From Octopus bimaculoides (lineage: Eukaryota): a DNA stretch of 37,972 nt. Position 1 is the first letter of the stretch, and each line of letters starts with the position of its first letter. Under the pieces are notes generated by a model. It was not told the DNA's origin. It searched no databases and saw only the letters and a program-made list of their open reading frames with translations. Location of the stretch: NCBI RefSeq assembly GCF_001194135.2, contig NC_069000.1, positions 23,426,824 to 23,464,795 on the forward strand, read 5' to 3'. The position numbers were made by a program, and so were the translations under genes. Below, piece after piece: positions 26,117-35,100 of this stretch.

Positions 26117-29100
26117 CTTTCAATTCTTTTTTTATTATCATATTCATACCAAAATCTTTACCCAGAGGAACATTCAATTACTTGCTCACAAGCAAACTCC
26201 AGTAAACTTTTTAAGCTCTAATGCACTAATTTATCATATCAGAAATCTCTACTGCTCATGAGCTATCAGTAATATTGCTCCTTATTTAGCTACAGGAAAT
26301 AATGTCATTTTTCAATTTAGATAGTCACTATCTAAAGGCAAGTGTATATATTCAAGATATTTGGAAATTAGGGTAGTCTAATATATTTCTTAATCATTTA
26401 TTTCACATTTTGTCGTTATTCATAAACATAGTATGTCATTTAAATATACAGCATCTGTCCTATGAAACAATATTCAAATGTACCATATTGCAATAATGCT
26501 TAGAACATACTACTTATCATAAGTGCCAATCTACATCATTCTGTATTATCTATGCTGAAGTCGATTAATTATTGAACAATAATTAATGACAAAGGTGGAG
26601 CAAATACAAACATTTATGTTGTTTTTTTTTGTTAATCAAAATTCCATTTAGAACTGAGGTTCCCATATAAGAAGCCTATCAGCTGTAAAAGAGGCAAAAA
26701 AAGCACTAGACTTTGATTTTATCCAAAAGACCAGAAGTCTCTACATGTCCATTCCACCCACTAGCAATAGCAGTCAAATCTCTTTCAAATCACATTCTAC
26801 TGGCTTAAAGAAACAAAAGTAAGACACATTGGATAATTTAGTCTGAGATATACTATATAGCAAACATGGTGGGATGGTCATTGCTGGAACTTATTTGATA
26901 ATAAGCCTGTTAATTAAAAGTGATGTTGGGATTGGCTACAGAGCAACAATAACTATCAGTATAAAATTAAAAATAAATTTCTTTTATATATAAGTCAGGC
27001 ATGCATTGTTCAATCTCCTAATAGTACCATCTCATTCTTATGACACATTTAGGATGCCAATTGTAGAGATTGGGTTGATATTTTTAGCTGTTCTTGAGAC
27101 CATGTAAAGGCTCCTAACCTCTCAGCCAATGAGGGAGCCCAATGTGATTGCTTGACTGACAAGAAAGAGCAGTTAAATCTCTCAAATCACATCCATTGTT
27201 TTATAAAATGATAAACTGGACAATACAGTGACAAAAAAAAAAAAAATGATGGTTATGGTTGGAATGCTTTTTAATCAGTTCTGCTTAATTAGGGCTAATC
27301 TGGGACTAAACAATGATGCTATCTTTTACATAAATATGAATGTGGAAAACAAACAAAATTCTGATAATTATAATAGTGATAATCAAGTATCAATGAATTT
27401 TTTCAACAATATAATCCACTGAAAAATATCTAGAAAGACTTACCGATTTTTAGATACTTTCAATTTTTTTTCTGCAATTGGTAACAAATCTAGAATCTTT
27501 ATTTCCATTTTCAGATTTTCTTTTAATATCCCTGGTTTTTTAACTTTAGAAGTTTCGTCTTTTTTGGTGGTGCCCTAGTAAAATGTAAAAGAAAATATAT
27601 TCTTTTAATTCTATTTACTTTGAAAAAAATGTTTAGATTTTGTGATATAAGATGATGATCAATAAATAAATCTGACTTGTCTACAGAAAAGTGGACATTA
27701 AAACAAGGATGATGAAATTCCAACATACTTGTGTTGTATTAGTTTGATTTTTGTCACTTGGTTTTGTTCCATCTTCTTTTGGGGTTTTATCACTCTCCTT
27801 TTGCTCCTGTTCAGTTGGCTTTTCTACTTTCTCACTTTTCTTTTCAGCAGTAGTATCTTCCTAAATTATACAAAATGCAACAAAAATCAATATTTTAAAT
27901 ATATTTTTTTCAACGTTCTTTAAAAAAAGGTTGGACAAAATGTAATACTGTTTTCAGTTACTTTGCTTCACATTCTGATTTAGATACTACTGATGTTGAC
28001 TTTGCTCTACATCCTTCCATGGGTCAATATAATCAACCATTCTCAACATACAATATGTATGGCTTGTTCCTTATCTTAAAATCAATATTCTTTGAGAGTA
28101 AAAAAAAAAAATTCAACATGTGAACTAGACAAAATTCTGAAACTGAACAAAATAAATAAAAAATTTACATCAATTATCCTTTACAATGTATTTAATTCAA
28201 TTATTTTATTTGTTGACTTTACCATACTATCAGATAAGTTTCTTTAGAGCTAAATAAACTTCAGTTTTTGGAATACGTGTTATAAGATTGCATACCATTG
28301 TTTTGTTCTTAAATTAGCATTCTTAAGTTGAGTGGATCAAATTAGCAGACATGCCATTATTTTAATCCAAAATAATTTCTCTGATTGACTTTCTGACCAT
28401 GAGTCTTGCATTTTAACTATAAACTATTTTAGTAAAAATAAAACAACCACATTTTTAAAAATAGAAATAATATATTTCTGAATCTTTCAGAGAGATTTAT
28501 GCAGTAGCAGCATGATAAAGTGATAGTATGTTGTCAACTTAATGTGACAGTCCCATAAAAGGAAAGAATGCTACTCTTATTTAGCCCTAGGAAACACCGT
28601 TTTCTGTTGGACTTGACACATTTCCTGTGTCCTTGTGTTTTCCAAGTGGAGACAAGCACCTCCACCCAGTAAAGCCAGCATCCAGAGACTAGTTTCAGAG
28701 TCATTGCTCATCATCAGTCTGGAGTAGTTGACAACACGCTATCACTTTATCGTGCTACTGCTGCATAAATCTTTCTGAGATTTAGAAATATAATATATCT
28801 ATTTTCAAAAATCAGTGAATGTATTTCACTTGAAATATGTTTTCAAAGGCGGATAGGCATCGACAGCTAGCAAGCCATGCTACTCCAGACTNNNNNNNNN
28901 NCGGATAGGCATCGACAGCTAGCAAGCCATGCTACTCCAGACTGATGATGAGCAATGACTCTGAAACTAGTCTCTGGATGCAGGCTTTGCTGGGTAGAGG
29001 TGCTTGCCTCCACTTTGAAAGCATAAGGACACAGGAAATGTGTGAAGTCCAACAAGAAACAGTGTTTCCTAGGGCTAAATAACAGTAGCATTCTTCCCTT

Positions 29101-32100
29101 TTATGGGACTGTCACATTAAGTTGACAACATGCAACCACATTTTTGTTATTTATAATATATATATTATGCATTTCACTGATTTGCTCATGCAAACATAGG
29201 AGATATATAACTGTTACATAATGTGGTTTTTCCAAAACTTATATCTGCTCTTTCTCACTCCTGTTGCCAATCACTCAATTGTAAAGAACTTAGCATTTAA
29301 ACCAGCTATATCCAGCACAAATATTCTACCCACTTTATATTCAAATCATCCAGATCCAGTCTTTCACATCTACAATGTTATTCTAAAAATAAGCAATCAT
29401 ATCATCAAAATTGCAAAACTACAAGAAAATGCATGATTAATTTAAAACAATGTGAATAAATAATTACAACAAAGTAATCTGAATGTTAAAAGATTAAAAA
29501 AATATATATTAAATGTAATAATGATCACTTTTCTAATTCTTGCATACCTTTTGAGGTTTCTCCGATTTCTTCTCTTTACTTTGCCCATCTCCACTATCTT
29601 CAGAGCCTTTTTCAGTGGGCCCTGTTTCTTTATCAGCAGATGCTGCCTTCTCGGCAGCTCCCTGAAACCAATAAAAATACAAACCAGTATTACAGCAAGA
29701 ATACCAATTATCGCAATTCAATGAAATCCTTTTAATGTTCAGTACTCAAATTCACCACAGACCACTTTACTCCAAAAATATGGTAGACCTAACAATTTCT
29801 AACAATTTTTGCAAGAAACAATACAAAAAACACACAACCTAACCTTATTTAAAAAAAAACTTTTTGGTTCCTCCAAACATTTCCATTTTAAATACCAGTT
29901 AACTTTTTGAAAATCAAAAGGAAGTACACATACCAGACAGTATTAATTACTAGCAAGAACACAATATTTCGTTTTCCAACCATATTATACATGCCAAGTA
30001 TATTAAAGGTTGACAAGTTAATATTGTGACGTACTTTTGTGTCAGTGGTGCTATGTTCTCATTTTTAAGTTTATCTACACAGATTTTCTATAGAATTCAG
30101 AGCCAAGTCGTAACTTGCAGCGCTGGCTCTGAATTCTATAGAAAATTTACAGAGCTGAACTTAATAATAGTAGACAGCATTCAAACCGATCAAAATAGGA
30201 GTCAATGTGGGAGCTTCTATGCAGTTACTCGATCAATTAGAAATAGCAACCAAATCTCCCTAAAATCACACCCTAGTATCTTAGAAAATGGGAAAGATAC
30301 ATTGAATAATGTAGAACCTGACACACAAACTGATGGGATGGTCATGGTTTAACAGGCTTTGATCAGAATATTAAATTGGTCAACAGGTTAAGTCTATCAC
30401 ACAAGGAAAATCAAAGTTACTTGATCACATTATTATTAGTTGTGATCATTGTAAATTAATTCAATCTATGAATATTGGTGAAGAACCAAGCAATAATTAT
30501 CTATTTCAATAAAATCTTAACAAATACAGCTGAATAAAATGACATTTCTTCATAAATAAATTGACTGATTTTTCAAATCAAATAACAATACAGGGGCAAA
30601 AAGAAGTCCCATTTATTTTCCTTTTCAATAAAATTTTCAAACTGTAAGACAAATAAACAGGTGTATAAACAAAATTAGAGAAAAATTAGAAATAAAGAAG
30701 TTAAAAAAAGAAATTATTTTGTAATAAGTGAAATAGTAAATGAATAAAAGCAAAAAAAAAAAAGATAAATAAAATGGAATGTAAAAGAACAAATTGTGAA
30801 ATGTTTCATAGTTTATAAGAGTTTCCATTCTCACCTCTTCATTGACAGACATTCCATCACTTTCTTCATTTCCTCGGAAAAATCCACTCAAGGTATTACC
30901 CAGTTCTAAAATTTAAAATTTACAAGAATGAATTGCCAACAGCCAAGTCGGTACCAAATCCTATATTTTTTTTACATCACCACTAGGATTATCTACTTCC
31001 ACTAATAATACTATTTTACAAAAAGCAACAAAATAGAACCTAAAAATACAAAATGATCATATCATAGAATGCTTGATTATTGGGTTTCCTCAGTCAGGGC
31101 CGACCTGGAGGTTAATTAAGAATGTCCCTATTAAATACAATAACCATTCAACTCCTGTCAGCATAGAAAAACATTAAGATGAAATGTTACATACATCTGC
31201 ATTTAACATACATTACCTTCTTCAACAATGAAGCAAGTAACATGTTCCATCTAAAGTTGCACATAACACAGGAGGGTTGGAAAACATGACTTAAAATCCA
31301 TAGTTGAGCACCTTCATGCCACAGTAACTATAACGGTATCAACTTTACATGACCTCTATTTAGCTAAACTACACTTAACCCAGTTTTGTAAATGACTACA
31401 GATAACATGTAATAAGTTTAATTCTGGAATATTAGTGATGTAAATGATAAGGCAGGTTTACCATCCACAGTGTTGAGGCTATGACTAACTTGTCATTTTG
31501 TTTTTCAGAAATAGTGTCCTAAACTAAACAAGTAACAAGTCCTTTTATAAGACAGTAGAGCATGCTTTGAGGGAGATTTGGCTCACTTGAAACCCAGTGA
31601 TTCCAGCTGTTAAACTTAAATTTCAGATTCTGTTCACTTGAACATATTAACAAAATCCAGCATGACCACTAATGACTATTACTTCAATGATTTCTAACAG
31701 AGGTACAAGTCGACAAATCTAAGGCCAGGGCATACTTCATTGTAACACCTCCCAGTACTTCAATGCTGCTTATTTTATCAATCGTAGAAGGATAAAAGCC
31801 AGCTGCTATAAATATACAAGCCAACCTCTCTAAATTTAAATAGGAGTAAACCCATCTACAGAAAATCATTTTCTAATAAAACTAAAACAGAGTACTGGGC
31901 AAAATACATGTAAGGCATGCTGTAACACTGACTGCTCCCCCCACTACCTTTATTAATAACAATAATCTTGTCTGTAACACATCCAAATTAATCAAAGAGC
32001 AAAAGTATCTTAATAGAGATAAACAAGTGGGGACCCAAAGGAAACTGGAATTTTGCAATATTATTTCATTCACTTAGTTTTACATGTTTACACTTTTATT

Positions 32101-35100
32101 GCTTTCAAAGTATTCTCCATTTCAAGCAATGCATCAGTCCAGATGCAAAGATGCACCACATGGTTGTAGGACTACACTTGATGACACTGATCAGTATACT
32201 GATGCTTGAGGGTTGCATCAAGTGACTTCTAGTGGCAGAAACCAGAATTACAACAGGCTTGTCCCACAGTGAACATTTATGGTTACTTTTGGGTACCCCC
32301 TCGTATTAAGACACATATACAGTAATCCCTTGTCTACCGCAGGTGTTACATTCCACACCCCCACACCCCCATGACAGGTAAAAATCCAAAGTAGAAACAG
32401 TATTGTACTGAATATTTTTTAATTATTTTTATAATTTGTATACATTTATTTTATTATAAATGCAAAAAAAAAAAAAATACTACAGAGGAATCAACATAAG
32501 CTTAAATACTAAACTCTGATATGGTGAGGGACTACTGTATTTTCAAAGTAATGAACCTGCATAATCGCCTCAAAATCTTGGATCATTTAACAATATTATG
32601 ATCTTCTGTTCATGTTTCCAAGTAGATGTTTTGTAGATGAAGTGGCCACGATATCTTAAAACACTTCTATTCTTTATTTTATGTATTTGAACACTGTCTC
32701 TTATAACCTCAAAATAGTGATTAAAGCCAGAAGTGTTGTGTGATATGAATAACACTTTGACCATTAACTTTATCATGGCTTAAAGGAGAAAGGACAGCAT
32801 GTATGACATTTTTGCTACTGAGATTGGTGTAGCAGTGAGGAAGACACCACAACTCAGGGTTGTGGGAGTAAAAAGCACTACACCATGATATCAACTTAAT
32901 CCTAGATTGGGGGGGGGGGGTCTTGTAGAAATGTTCCTAACAAAGTGGAATGGATTCTGCTAAAGTCACTCGAGATTTAAGTAGTGGTGTTACTAAAGCA
33001 AGAGTACAATTCATCTGGTGGATCGGTTTAAAATCACACCCAAGCCTTGGCTGTGAGAGTTATGATGGAAGACACTTTCCAAAGATGCCATGCAATGGGA
33101 TTGAATCCAGATCCATGTGACTGCAAAACAAACATTTTAACCACATTTACAAGGTAGCATCCAGTAAAAATAATATTTTCTCAACTCTTGGACAATTATT
33201 TGCAGATTCCATGTTATTTCAGATTCTATTTTTTTTTCTATGTTTTTATCTAGGAAAGAACCAGATGAAAATTGTTGCTACATACTTGACCAAGTTGATT
33301 CTTCATTTGCATTTACAGCATCAGGTGCTTGTTCAAATATTGATTCTGCCTGGAAAAAAAACATTTGGTTACTTAGTATTTAGCATCATATTATTGGTTT
33401 ACAATGCCAACATCATTATGCATGCAGTTTATATTCCACATTTATATACACAATGGTAAAGATTTATATATTATGCACAGAAAAACATAAGGTTACTGGG
33501 TCCCAGATATGAAGGGCAAGTTAATTCAAACTCAGGAGTAAACATACTATTTCATATCACCGACAAAAATCTGTTTTAAATTTCCATATTGGCTATTGGT
33601 GACAAGTTTGTCTTTCCTTTCTAAGTATATTTATTGGAATACGTAAGGATAAAAAAGACAATGAAAGCAGCAGTAGCCATTTTTGTTTTCTTTTATCTGT
33701 CCTGCTGATTCTTAATGAAAATCTAGTCAATTATCTGTGCAGCTACAAACAGATATGCCACAGGCCCCATCCCCAACCATTGACTACACCATAGATTCCA
33801 GATTACCAAATGGATCACATCAAACACAATCCTACCAACATTTAATGGTTGTTATTTAGCTCCACTCATCCCTGATTGAACAGACACGATGAAAGGCATT
33901 CTAGCTAATATGATTCCTGTTTTTGTTTCAGGCATAATGTATTTAGAACTACATTAACCAAAGTTGGTAGGATGTATTTTAAAGGATATTTGACTTATTT
34001 CTAGCAGGTTAAGCAACTAAGTAGAGATCTTTGTCATTGGCTCAGTATTTTTGATATCTATGTTATATCAAAAATATATCTATTTTTGATATCTATAACA
34101 AGCAATTACTTGAATGAGACCTTCATAACATGGATTCATTTTTATGTAACCCACTCACAAAATGTGATCTATTACAGATAGAGTTCCAACACACCAACTA
34201 TATAATTGAAACTGAAAAATCTATGGTGTGTCTATAATTTCATGATGTCAGTGTTACAAATGTCATGTGTGGTTTATTTCCTTGAATTTTTAGAAGTAGG
34301 TAGTACAGGACTCACATCCATTAGCAGACAACTCATAAAGAAGCTACAAAAACATTTTGAGATATTTGACACCCAATGGTACTTGACATATTAATAGCTA
34401 GATAGATAGATAGATAGATTGCCTTCAGCAATTACTAAACTGTTTAGCATTTAAACCCACCATATCCAGCCCAAACATTTTACTTGTCTTATGTTCAAAT
34501 TGACCAGATCCATCCTGTCTTACCTATCCTAATGTCATTCTAAAAATACACAATCACATCAACAAAATCTTGAAGCTACAAGAATTATGCATGGTTAATT
34601 TTTAAAAATATGAATAAATAAGAATTACATTTGACAGAATAATGTGAATGCTAAAGGGTAAAAGGACGTTTATAAAAGAGTAACAGAGTTTAGCTGATAG
34701 AAATACACTGCAATAAGAGGTTAAAACATGTAATGGTCTAGGCAGAATGAATTACCAACAGTAAGTAGGTAATTTAACAACTTTATGAAGATCCTCTGGC
34801 ATTTGGAGGGTTTTTGGTGGGGGTTTACATTTTTAACCCCTTATAAATTGATATCATTAATTTTTTTCTCATAAAATTTCTGAAACCTGCAATTAAACAT
34901 TTAAGACAATGAATAAATAATGAAAGAGTTTTACCCCATCTAAGTGCAACAAGCCACTTTCATCCATGCGGAAATGCACACGAACACCTTTATAGTCAAC
35001 AGCTGTAGTATGTTTGGCATAGGCATCTCCAACTCCAGTCAAAGAGATATTTTTCAAGAACATTTTATGAAATGATCTGCAAAAAAAACAAAAGTGAAAA

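Larger units (their letters stand above)
28457..29132. mobile_element. Hammerhead-bearing retrozyme / Penelope-like non-autonomous insertion with an inverted partial copy
   Basis: Flanked by the 13-bp direct repeat CAACCACATTTTT (28444-28456, 29133-29145). 200-bp inverted arms 28528-28727 and 28932-29131 (13 substitutions, no indels). 28727-28812 is an inverted copy of 28451-28537. GTTGACAACA recurs at 28727 and 29121. Hammerhead core present in both arms. Confidence 0.75.
12079..34658 (+). mobile_element. Six further degenerate or partial copies of the same MITE: ~12079-12269, 12319-12490, 16528-16733, 23400-23504, 29290-29493, 34440-34658
   Basis: Shared TAGCATTTAA...CTACAATGTCATTCTAAAAAT...AATAAATAAGCATTACATTTGACAGAGTAATCTGAATGCTAAAGGG blocks. 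Confidence 0.8.

Noticed and set aside
30083-30146. TTCTATAGAATTC as a heat-shock element in a chaperone gene
   Set aside because: The spacing does not match nGAAnnTTCn repeats.
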